Part shown: piece after piece, positions 39,492 through 47,917 of the stretch | Position numbering within the stretch: position 1 is the stretch's first letter | How the letters are laid out: every line of letters begins with the position of its first letter | Origin: an uncultured bacterium | GTDB lineage: Bacteria > Desulfobacterota_D > UBA1144 > Nemesobacterales > UBA2774 | Reading direction: 5' to 3' | NCBI GenBank assembly: GCA_963825135.1 | Contig: CAWGRW010000009.1 | Coordinates: 384,001 to 448,000 of the forward strand | DNA: 64,000 nucleotides | Position numbers and translations under genes: made by a program | The notes under the pieces: model-generated | Database searches by the model: none | Seen by the model: the letters and a program-made list of their open reading frames with translations, nothing else | Told to the model about the DNA's origin: nothing

Positions 39492-40277
39492 ATGAACGTA
39501 AAAGAGCTTTTCGATCTCTCGGGCAGGACGGCAGTGGTCACGGGCGGGTACACGGGAATAGGCAGACAGATGGCGCTCGCGCTCGCCGAAGCAGGGGCTG
39601 ACGTGGTCGTATGCGCGCGGAACCTGGAGGGCTGCGTGGTCACGGCCGAAGAGATCTCGAAGAGCACGGGGGTGAAGACGCTCCCTCTCAGATGCGACGT
39701 GTCCGTCGAGGCGGACGTGATAAAGATGGTCGCGGACACGGTCGCGGAATTCGGCAAGCTCGACATACTCGTCAACAACGCAGGCATCGCCATGGGCGGA
39801 CTGCCGGAAGACACCTCGCTTGAGGACTGGGAAAAGGTCCTCCGCATAAACCTCACCGGCACGTTCTTATGTTCGAGAGAGGCCGCGAAGAAGATGAAAA
39901 AGGCCGAGCGGGGGAAGATAATCAACATCTCCTCCGTCATGGGCTACCAGACGACGAGCGTCGTGAGCGCGCCTGCCTACGTGGCGTCCAAGGGCGCCGT
40001 GGTCACCCTCACGAAGGACCTCGCCGTGAGGTGGATAAAGCACAACATCAACGTAAACGCGATTGCGCCCGGATGGTTCCCGACCAACATGACCGAGCCC
40101 GTGATAAGCCCCGAATTCATGGACAAGGGGTCAGAGCTCCTCGCTTCGATCCCCGCGGGGAGGTTCGGGGGAGAGGACGATTTGAAGGGGGCGACGGTGC
40201 TCCTCGCGTCGAGGGCGTCTGACTACATCACCGGGGAGATCATCGTAGTCGACGGGGGGACGCTTTCGAGTTATTGA
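39492..40277 (+). CDS. SDR oxidoreductase (gluconate 5-dehydrogenase-like)
   Basis: GGAGG SD, TGGYTGIG, NNAG, YVASK, IAPGWFPT. Confidence 0.92.
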   Translation: MNVKELFDLSGRTAVVTGGYTGIGRQMALALAEAGADVVVCARNLEGCVVTAEEISKSTGVKTLPLRCDVSVEADVIKMVADTVAEFGKLDILVNNAGIAMGGLPEDTSLEDWEKVLRINLTGTFLCSREAAKKMKKAERGKIINISSVMGYQTTSVVSAPAYVASKGAVVTLTKDLAVRWIKHNINVNAIAPGWFPTNMTEPVISPEFMDKGSELLASIPAGRFGGEDDLKGATVLLASRASDYITGEIIVVDGGTLSSY

Positions 40278-40537
40278 TGCGCTGAATGCGCGCCCGAATC
40301 ACAGACGGCTGCCCGCTTCTTCCGGGCCTGAAACCGATACATATCCACTATCTATATTTACACGAACTATATTTACACGAACCCGCGCGTAACAGCCGCG
40401 GCATAACCCCTGCCATTTAAAGGAAAACCCGTACCGGGAAACTCGCGAGACCGGCCGCCCGGAATTACCGGGATCGAGCGTATATGAATCCAATGGCCGA
40501 TTTCGCGTGTCTAAGACCGTATATAAGGAGAACAAGA

Positions 40538-40927
40538 TTGAGAACATTAATACCTTTTATACTGATAATGCTTGCTGCAACATCCTTCTCGGCCGCCGGG
40601 GACAACGGGAAGGGAGACGAAGGGCTCCTGGCTAAAGCCGAAATCCATACTCTGAGCGTTCCGTATAACATCCGGGAGGACGAGACGTTTAAGAGGAATT
40701 ACGCGCCCCGCGGCGGGGACGCCGGAAAAGATCATCGATCGGATGCGGGCAGGGACGATATTTCTCAGGCCGTCAAAAACGAGATGGAGTCCGAGAGGAA
40801 TTCCGACCCGTCTTACCAAGCGTCTTCGTTCAAGGTCGAGGACATCCCGCTGGTTATGTCGAGCGCGGACAAAAATACCATCAGCGTCGTACTGCCGCCG
40901 TTTCTTTATTTCAAGACGCAGTTCTAG
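40538..40927 (+). CDS. Exported hypothetical protein
   Basis: TTG start after AAGGAG, signal peptide, C-terminal FLYFKTQF. Confidence 0.7.
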   Translation: MRTLIPFILIMLAATSFSAAGDNGKGDEGLLAKAEIHTLSVPYNIREDETFKRNYAPRGGDAGKDHRSDAGRDDISQAVKNEMESERNSDPSYQASSFKVEDIPLVMSSADKNTISVVLPPFLYFKTQF

Positions 40928-40974
40928 TACGTGGAAGTTATCGTAACCGGCGGCATTTCATCCGTGTATCGAAA

Positions 40975-41065
40975 TCAGAAATCTTCATAGGCGAGCCTGA
41001 ACGCTTCCTTCCCGTCCTTCTCTATAATGTCCTTATGCGCGAGCAGCACCCGGTCGAAGGGCGGA
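40975..41065 (-). pseudogene. Probable 3' gene remnant (DUF4336-like C-terminus)
   Basis: PFDRVLLAHKDIIEKDGKEAFRLAYEDF* in host-like codons; upstream sequence is REP/mini-element DNA. Confidence 0.4.
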
Positions 41066-41155
41066 GTTTTTCCTTCCCCGCCATTACACAATTTGCGGCG
41101 GGTGAGCACCCGCAGGCGTACGACCTCGAGCATCTCCTTTCCCGTCATTTCGAAC

Positions 41156-41245
41156 AACAGTTGCAAGCGCGCGCGCAACTGGTCGCCGTTGGTTGATTGC
41201 AAATAACCTGAATCGACATCGTATATAATCCGCGTAAACCAAAAC
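41156..41245 (-). mobile_element. ~90-bp REP-inserted mini-element, copy 5 (minus strand)
   Basis: Minus strand GTTTTGG + 53 nt + CGACC + AGTTGC-loop-GCAACT + GTT, inside a GTCATTTCGAAC...GAGAAATCC REP. Confidence 0.8.
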
Positions 41246-41250
41246 GAGAA

Positions 41251-41550
41251 ATCCGTCTTTCGTCTTTCTCTTCCCGACATTACAGAATTTGCGTTAAGAA
41301 AATCGCGTGTTTAAGCGTAAAGAAATCTTTGAGCAGTCCAATTGAAAGATTTTAGCTTAAACATAAGATTTTTAGCAAATTATGTAGTCGGATGATTTTT
41401 GCTTCTTTTCATCAAGGAAAAGAAGGAATTAAATTAGCCTTTGTCTTTTCCTTCCTTTGCCTTTTCTTTTTCGAATGATCACACTATGTATGTTCATCAA
41501 GGAAAAGAAGGATAAAAAAAATATCCTTTCTCCTTTCTTTGTCTTTTCAT
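41251..41550. repeat. AT-rich dispersed repeat with ~120-nt hairpin, copy 2
   Basis: CCGAC(41274)...GTCGG(41391); near-identical to 27437-27589. Confidence 0.9.
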
Positions 41551-41583
41551 TTGACCCACATTCCCTCTTTCGAAAACGAAATA

Positions 41584-42162
41584 TCAAAATAGCCTCCCCT
41601 CCCGGTACGCGTGATATATGGACTTCATGTGCTCGTCCACGCCCGGGGCGAGGAACTGGAGAAGGAGGCATTCGAGCGACGAAACGACCAGGAGCGCGAG
41701 CGCCGCGTAGAAAAACGCCTCGTTGTAACCTATGACGAACGTGTATATGACGAACACGTACGCGGCTACTCCAGCGGCCTTGGTCAGATAGAGGTGGAGA
41801 TTCGCGATCCTCCTGAACTTTATCCACCCGAGGAGGATCGAGGCCGCCTCGATCGCTATCCATGCGCCGAGTACGAGCGCGTGGCCGGTAATGATCTCAG
41901 GCTTAAGCAGCAGGAGAGCGCCCAGGGCCGATATTTCCATGAGCGTATCCGCTATGGAATCGAGCCTGCTCCCGTAAGCCGTGGCGATGTTCCGCCTCCG
42001 CGCGATAAAGCCGTCGAGCACGTCGGTGAGACCCGCCGCGAGGAGCGCGATCCCTGTGTAGAACGGCAGCCCCGATGCCGCGAGCGCCAGGACTACCGGG
42101 ACCAAGAGGAGCCTCGCGAAGCAGAGCAGATCGGGGACTGATTTAAAGGATATGTATTTCAT
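41584..42162 (-). CDS. CDP-alcohol phosphatidyltransferase family
   Basis: TDVLDGFIARR...GSRLDSIAD motif. Confidence 0.92.
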   Translation of the reverse strand: MKYISFKSVPDLLCFARLLLVPVVLALAASGLPFYTGIALLAAGLTDVLDGFIARRRNIATAYGSRLDSIADTLMEISALGALLLLKPEIITGHALVLGAWIAIEAASILLGWIKFRRIANLHLYLTKAAGVAAYVFVIYTFVIGYNEAFFYAALALLVVSSLECLLLQFLAPGVDEHMKSIYHAYREGRLF

Positions 42163-42318
42163 CCCGGGCAGTGAGGCTTAACCCCCTGATAAAATTGCAT
42201 CATGGTTCCGGGGGACCTTGCCGTTTTATTAGCATGTGCGTCTCTTAACACTCCATTAACACATCTATCCGTCTAATATGAAAGGAATATTAATATGTGC
42301 AGTTGCGAATAAAAACCC

Positions 42319-42348
42319 TTGACAACGCCCGTTTCCTGTTTATATTGT
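42319..42348 (+). promoter_or_regulatory. sigma70 promoter of the phasin-like gene
   Basis: TTGACA followed by TATATT/TATTGT at 16-18 nt. Confidence 0.55.
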
Positions 42349-42378
42349 ACATAGAAATCAAAATCAGGAGGTAATACC

Positions 42379-42816
42379 ATGTCAGAAACATCCAAGAAAG
42401 TCGCTTCAAAGGTTAAGGAATTTTCGGAGCCCGCAAAGGAATTTACGGGCCTCGTAAAAGAGAATTATTTAAACGGCCTGGATTTCACGTTCTCGCTCTT
42501 CGAGCAGAACATGAAGGCATTCGGCGCACAGGCGGAGCATATGCTCGGGCTCGAGAAGGAGTTCATATCGAACGTAAGCGGGTTCTACAAGGATTTCCCG
42601 AAGGACCTTCCGTTCGTAAAGGATCTTCCTTATGACGGCAGCGCCAAAAAGGTCACCGAGCAGCTCGACCGCTATATTTCATACCGGAAGGAGCAGATCG
42701 AGACCGTAAAGAGCACGGCCGAGAAGTTCGCGAAGGACGCCCGCACCATGGCGCAGGAAAACATCGAAAGGGCTTTTTCGCTTTTCGGTGAGTACTTCAA
42801 CCTCTTCGGCGCCTGA
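42379..42816 (+). CDS. Phasin-like (PHA granule-associated) amphipathic helical protein
   Basis: AGGAGG SD, all-helical amphipathic pattern, C-terminal AQENIERAF. Confidence 0.55.
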   Translation: MSETSKKVASKVKEFSEPAKEFTGLVKENYLNGLDFTFSLFEQNMKAFGAQAEHMLGLEKEFISNVSGFYKDFPKDLPFVKDLPYDGSAKKVTEQLDRYISYRKEQIETVKSTAEKFAKDARTMAQENIERAFSLFGEYFNLFGA

Positions 42817-43033
42817 TACTCCCACTGTATTTCTCACATCCGGACTCCTAAAAGGTCGATGATGGAATTCCGGGCCGGTGACAGGCTCACCCGCCCGGAA
42901 TATTTTCCCCGTGCTTCCCGTTCAAGCGGCTGTTTTAATCCGCACCCCGGGATTAGCCCTGCTTCCGAATTTCGATTATAATGTTGCCATTGACCGCCAT
43001 GCCGGTCCAACAAATATCCCCGGGGGTAATAAA

Positions 43034-43315
43034 TTGATCCGCCGTCTTCTCCTTATATCTCTGACCGTCATATCCATCCTCCCCGCCGTATGCTGCAGCA
43101 CGTTAAAGACGGGGAAGGACATCGCCATCGACAACCCGATGAGCGAGTCAAAAAACAAGCAGTCCCTGAACGAGGCGAGGCAGCAGGTCGAGAAATCGAG
43201 GAACGCGCTTGACCAGTGCATGAAGGCGAGCTCGGGCGACCAGTCGAGGTGCGGGACCGAAAAAGCGGCCTACGACCAGGACGTACAGAAATACGTCTCC
43301 CTCCAGTCCGAATAA
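43034..43315 (+). CDS. Small putative lipoprotein
   Basis: TTG start, signal ending AVCC, later Cys pair C-x9-C. Confidence 0.65.
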   Translation: MIRRLLLISLTVISILPAVCCSTLKTGKDIAIDNPMSESKNKQSLNEARQQVEKSRNALDQCMKASSGDQSRCGTEKAAYDQDVQKYVSLQSE

Positions 43316-43382
43316 GGCGCTGGGAGACGAGACACCGCCCCGGAGGCCATTGAAAGACTGCGCGGAACAAGGAGGGTTCTCG

Positions 43383-43796
43383 ATGAAAGTCTTGTTTTCC
43401 GTTCTTACCGTTTTATTTATCCTCTTTTCGGCTTACGCCTCGTCTGGGGCGGACGCCGGTCAAACTCAGGCAAGCCCCGCCCCCCCTCAGGACGGCGTCC
43501 GGAAGATCGAGATAGTCGTAGACAGCTACTCCTTCGACCCGGACGCCATAACCGTGACCGCAGGAAAGCCCGTCGAATTGACTCTCAGGAGCATCACATC
43601 CCTGGTCCCCCATAATTTCACGATCGACGACCCCGCCTCGGGACTCGACCTCAACGTCGATATTCCCTCGGGCGAAGACGTTACCGTCACGTTCACCCCA
43701 CAGAAGACCGGCAGGTTCCAGTTCTACTGCGCGAAGAAAGGCCTCTTCGGCTCCCATCTGAAAAAGGGGATGAAGGGCACGCTGATAGTGAATTGA
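43383..43796 (+). CDS. Periplasmic cupredoxin-domain protein
   Basis: Signal peptide; type-1 Cu ligands PHNF, FYC, H..KGM. Confidence 0.88.
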   Translation: MKVLFSVLTVLFILFSAYASSGADAGQTQASPAPPQDGVRKIEIVVDSYSFDPDAITVTAGKPVELTLRSITSLVPHNFTIDDPASGLDLNVDIPSGEDVTVTFTPQKTGRFQFYCAKKGLFGSHLKKGMKGTLIVN

Positions 43797-43847
43797 AATT
43801 TCGGGACAATTCCGCGATCTAATCACCACGCTTCACGACGAACGCAT

Positions 43848-44855
43848 ATGGTTAAATTAAGGCTTATAAAAAGGGACGAAAAAATAGCAATAGCCATACC
43901 GACAAAAAACCGTCCTTCCTACCTTGCCGCTTTACTGGCCTCTCTGCTTAACCAAACATACACGAACTTTATGATCGTAATTAACGACCAGAGCGATTCG
44001 CCGGTCGAGCGCGACGACGTGCTGACGGATCTTTTTACGCTCGCAAAGACCGTCGGGCACGAGATTAAAATCATCCGTACTGAAGGCGGCTGGAAAAGGC
44101 ACCAGCAGGCGATGGAAGCGGTGCCGGAATCGATAGAGTTTATTCTGAGGATAGACGACGATATGCTGCCGGACTCAGGTTTCCTTGAAAACATACTGAA
44201 GCCGTTCCGTTTTTTCGCCGACAGGCCGCTGGCAGCCGTGGGCGGATGTTGTCCGGATCCGAAAATGAAAAAGGTAAGCCTGGACGTGAAGCTGACGGAA
44301 AGGTCGTGGACGTTGACTCTTGATGAACTGACATGGAGATTGCAGGGCTACCGCTATTATAATGATCCGGAGGTCGTAGAAGTCGAGAGTCTCATCGGGG
44401 GGGCGATATGTTACCGCCGCGGAGCGGTAGAGGAGGCGGGGGGCTGGGCCGTTGAGGGGTACTCCGACCAGGCCTATCGGGAGGAGAGCGACCTATGCGC
44501 GAGGCTCGTCGAAAAAAACTACACTCTCATGGTCACAACGGAGGCCCTGGCGTGGCATCTTCTCGCCCCCGGAGGGGGTGCGAGAAAGTACCTAAAAACC
44601 CCCGGGGGTAATTTATTGGTATCGGACAAAACCGGTATGGAATCCGACGACAAGCTCTTCAACGAGAGAATGAAAGCCATCCTCGAAAAAAGAGGCCCGA
44701 CTGTGGGCGAGCCGAAGCGTTATAAAATTAGTAATCTGGAGAAAAACGTCTTTGTGGGATCCCCTCTTCGAACTTTAAAGGGGAGAACGCTTGGGATAAT
44801 CGAAAGCAGGGTTCTAAGAAAGTTTAGAGGGCTTTGCCGGTATTTCACAAAATAA
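43848..44855 (+). CDS. Glycosyltransferase family 2
   Basis: IAIPTKNR, RIDDD, REESDL. Confidence 0.9.
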   Translation: MVKLRLIKRDEKIAIAIPTKNRPSYLAALLASLLNQTYTNFMIVINDQSDSPVERDDVLTDLFTLAKTVGHEIKIIRTEGGWKRHQQAMEAVPESIEFILRIDDDMLPDSGFLENILKPFRFFADRPLAAVGGCCPDPKMKKVSLDVKLTERSWTLTLDELTWRLQGYRYYNDPEVVEVESLIGGAICYRRGAVEEAGGWAVEGYSDQAYREESDLCARLVEKNYTLMVTTEALAWHLLAPGGGARKYLKTPGGNLLVSDKTGMESDDKLFNERMKAILEKRGPTVGEPKRYKISNLEKNVFVGSPLRTLKGRTLGIIESRVLRKFRGLCRYFTK

Positions 44856-44890
44856 TTGCATCGATCGAAACCCGAGACGCGGAGCGTTAC

Positions 44891-45616
44891 GTGAGTTACA
44901 TAACGAGGGTCATTAAACGGGCGGCTAATCTGGCCGGCTTCGACATCCGGAGGCTGGGCCATGATTCGAATGCGGTCCGCGAGCTGGTGAAAGGGATCAG
45001 GCGTTTCGAAATCGATCTTATCCTGGACGTAGGCGCGAACGAGGGGCAATTCGCGGAAGAGCTCCTCTCGCTCGGATACAAAGGCCGTATGGTCAGCTTC
45101 GAGCCGCTTTCAGAGGCCCACCGGAAGTTAGAGCGGGCCGCGGGGCGCTATTCCGGATGGACCGTGCATCCCCGCTGTGCGCTCGGCGCAGAGGACGGCG
45201 AGGTCACGATAAACATCGCCGGCAACTCCGTATCCTCTTCCATACTGCCGATGATGGCCTCGCACGTATCGGCATCCGCGGGCTCGGCCTATATCGGCGC
45301 CGAGAAGACGCCCGTTTACAGGCTGGACACGGCCGCCGCGCCCTATCTGCGGGATGCGCTCAGGCCGTTCCTGAAAATCGACACTCAGGGTTACGAATGG
45401 CAGGTGCTCGACGGGGCGGGCGGGATACTCCCGCGCATGAGCGGCGTGCTCTGCGAGCTCTCGCTCGTGCCGCTTTACGAGGGCCAGCGCCTCTGGCTCG
45501 ATCTTGTCCGCCGCCTCGAGGGCGAGGGCTTTACCCTCTGGTCGATGCACGGGGCATTCACCGATCCCGGGGACGGGCGCACGCTTCAGGCGGACGCGGC
45601 GTTTTTCAGGACGTGA
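44891..45616 (+). CDS. FkbM-family methyltransferase
   Basis: LDVGANEGQF, SFEP, LKIDTQGYE. Confidence 0.92.
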   Translation: MSYITRVIKRAANLAGFDIRRLGHDSNAVRELVKGIRRFEIDLILDVGANEGQFAEELLSLGYKGRMVSFEPLSEAHRKLERAAGRYSGWTVHPRCALGAEDGEVTINIAGNSVSSSILPMMASHVSASAGSAYIGAEKTPVYRLDTAAAPYLRDALRPFLKIDTQGYEWQVLDGAGGILPRMSGVLCELSLVPLYEGQRLWLDLVRRLEGEGFTLWSMHGAFTDPGDGRTLQADAAFFRT

Positions 45617-45640
45617 GCAGGGGCATCCCCTTCGCCCCCC

Positions 45641-47155
45641 TCAGAACCTGATCTGGAAGTCGAACATGTAATCGGCTTCGGCGATTCCCTTGGTCGGCCC
45701 GTAGACGGGGACCTGGATCGCGACACCGGGGCTCCATTTGTTCCCGAACCTTATGGCCGGAGCGATGAAGAGGTCCGTGCCGCCGCCGGGGCCGTCGTCG
45801 GTCGTGATCGTGTATCCGTCGAACTCGCAGGAGAGAGTGGGCGAACCCGTCATGGGGACGTTAAGCCCCGCGGCCGCGTGGTAGTTGATCCTGAACTCGA
45901 AGTCCTGCCCTTCGAAGTGCTTGGCGTTGAATATGAAGTCCGTGCCCACTGCGCCCTGGATGCTGAAGGGCCCCTTCCACGCCCCCGCCGACAGGTACGG
46001 CGAAACCGTCGCCGCCCGGTAGAGGTACATCGGGAAGTCCCTCCTGTACTTAACAATCTGCTGGAGCCTCTGCTGGTCGTCCGTGAACGTGGTCGGCATG
46101 TACGCCTCGAGCCCCGCCGCTATGGCGAAGTTCTTCGATTTGGCCGCGAGCGCTTTCACTCCGATCAGGAGGTTGCCGAACTCGAACCCGTCCCTTATCT
46201 GCGTATCCCCGTCCTTCACGTTGTCGACGCCGCCGTAGGGCACGTCCGTGTATATGCCCCAGAAATTGCTCTCCGAAGGGAACTCGAGCCTAGTGGGATA
46301 GAGTATGAACTTCCCGCCCACGTCCTTCTTGAGCCTTATCAGCTCCAGGCTGGGCGCCACCCTGCCGAGCGGCAGAGGGGGCTCGAAAAAGCGCGGGTAC
46401 GCGAGATCGAGCGCCCTGCCCTTCGTCGTGGATATGGTGAACTGGCCCTGGTACTGGAACGAGCCCGTTACCGGGTTTATGAGTCCGAAGGACGTGTCCC
46501 GGACGAATAGCCTCGTGGGGTTGGTGATATATGCGGCGACGTGCGCGGCCTTCGAGTCCTGCTCGATGAGCCAGTTGGAGAGCTGCTCCATGCTCCATCC
46601 GAGCGGGATGCCGAGAGCGGGGGTCACTATGAGATCGACGCCCGAGGGCCTGACGGCCCAACCCTCGATGCCGTATTCGAACAGCGTGCTCTGTATGATC
46701 GAGCCCAGGGCGGACGCCCAGACGCTGTGCCCCCTCGCCCTGTAGAACTGGTATGAGAGCATGCCGAAGAACGGGTGGAGCACCCAGTTGACGACGAAAT
46801 CGTCCTGGTCGTTCCAGAGCGGGTCGCTCGTGAGGTTGTGCCAGAAGGTGTGGAACGAGCCGTCGAATATCTTGATGTTCTTGTCCCTCACCCACCAGAG
46901 CCTCCCCGCCCACTGCACGCCGTACCAGATCGCCGTGTCGCCCATATAGGTCTTGAAGCCGGGGGGCCGGAGGTTAGGATTCGGAGTGGGCTTCGGTTTC
47001 GCGTCCCCGACAGGCGTTACGGCGTCGCCCGGATCGTGCGGCTTGCCCGCGTCTTCCGCGGAAAAATTGTCGGGCGGGGTTTGGGCGTATGAGACAACAG
47101 GGGCAGCGAGCTGTATTAATGCCAGCAGAATAAGACCGGCTGTTTTCGCCATCAT
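45641..47155 (-). CDS. DUF3943-like exported protein (paralog 2)
   Basis: DDFVVNWVLHP, STLFEYGIEG, PSGVDLIVTP; C-terminal beta-rich region ending DFQIRF. Confidence 0.8.
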   Translation of the reverse strand: MMAKTAGLILLALIQLAAPVVSYAQTPPDNFSAEDAGKPHDPGDAVTPVGDAKPKPTPNPNLRPPGFKTYMGDTAIWYGVQWAGRLWWVRDKNIKIFDGSFHTFWHNLTSDPLWNDQDDFVVNWVLHPFFGMLSYQFYRARGHSVWASALGSIIQSTLFEYGIEGWAVRPSGVDLIVTPALGIPLGWSMEQLSNWLIEQDSKAAHVAAYITNPTRLFVRDTSFGLINPVTGSFQYQGQFTISTTKGRALDLAYPRFFEPPLPLGRVAPSLELIRLKKDVGGKFILYPTRLEFPSESNFWGIYTDVPYGGVDNVKDGDTQIRDGFEFGNLLIGVKALAAKSKNFAIAAGLEAYMPTTFTDDQQRLQQIVKYRRDFPMYLYRAATVSPYLSAGAWKGPFSIQGAVGTDFIFNAKHFEGQDFEFRINYHAAAGLNVPMTGSPTLSCEFDGYTITTDDGPGGGTDLFIAPAIRFGNKWSPGVAIQVPVYGPTKGIAEADYMFDFQIRF

Positions 47156-47374
47156 CCCGACCCTCCCGGACGGTAATTTGCCGAAACCCGGACGGCTCAT
47201 AACGCTCGGGACGAATGTCCCGCCGTCCGGCTCCTGACACATTCTAACAATAATTGACCGGAAATAAAAGAAGAATTATCAGCCGGCGCGATATTCGCCC
47301 CTGCCCGGAGAAATTTCCGGAAAATCAAAATCGTCTCTTGCGCAATGCATATACATCATATAGTTTATATATTA

Positions 47375-47465
47375 ACGGGCGTCCTGCACTCGCGGGCCGC
47401 CGAAAGTGTAAAGGAGAAAATACAGGGTCGGGCACATGCTGCCGCCCGGTGTTTTCTCCTTTTTG
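47375..47465 (+). ncRNA. Candidate small RNA (two hairpins plus U-tract)
   Basis: TTGCGC-N17-TAGTTT upstream; GGCG..CGCC hairpin; AAGGAGAAAATAC...GTGTTTTCTCCTT hairpin followed by a T-run; no convincing ORF. Confidence 0.35.
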
Positions 47466-47477
47466 GTTCTTTATTTT

Positions 47478-47559
47478 CCCCCTTAGAAAAAGGGGGATTA
47501 AGGGGGATTTAAAAAGAATAAAAGAAAATCCTCCCTGGCCCTCCTTTTCCTAAGGAGGG
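47478..47559. repeat. REP-like CCCCCTT / CCCTCCTT family
   Basis: Same motifs as 25884 and 39367. Confidence 0.85.
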
Positions 47560-47709
47560 AATTAAATAAAAAAGAAAAATGAAAGAAACCAACAGGGAGG
47601 GGATTGGAGGAGGCGTTCTTCGACAGGTTCAGGACAAACGGGTTTTTTAAATTCCCAATCGGCGTCAGGAATGGCAGAATACAAAAACGAGATTGCCGCG
47701 CTGCTTCGT

Positions 47710-47883
47710 AATTTGGTTTCTGTGACTTAGGGGCGAAGATGAAGGGGCTTATTTGCAATCAGTCCGGGGCGACCGATTCGTTTTGCCTTCACACGGTCTA
47801 TGCATGGAATATCGGCATTTGAGTAATCAGCGGGAGTCGGCCTATTTCTCGCATGCTCGAAACAGTACCAGCTCGCAATCGTT
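47710..47883 (+). mobile_element. Mini-element copy 6 (outer), interrupted by copy 7
   Basis: AATTTGG + 53 nt + CGACC + GATT[insert]..GCTC-GCAATC + GTT, inside a GAGATTGCC...GCAATGACA REP. Confidence 0.75.
47780..47867 (+). mobile_element. Mini-element copy 7 (nested, degenerate)
   Basis: GTTTTGC + 51 nt + CGGCC + TATTTC-tcgcatgctc-GAAACA + GTA. Confidence 0.65.
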
Positions 47884-47917
47884 GCAATGACAGATTAAAG
47901 GAAAGAATGCGGAAGGA

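Noticed and set aside
3635..47883. Reading the mini-elements as a CRISPR array or integron attC sites
   Set aside because: They are dispersed rather than tandem, the cores show residual homology to each other, there is no cas or intI gene, and the RYYYAAC...GTTRRRY box arrangement is absent.
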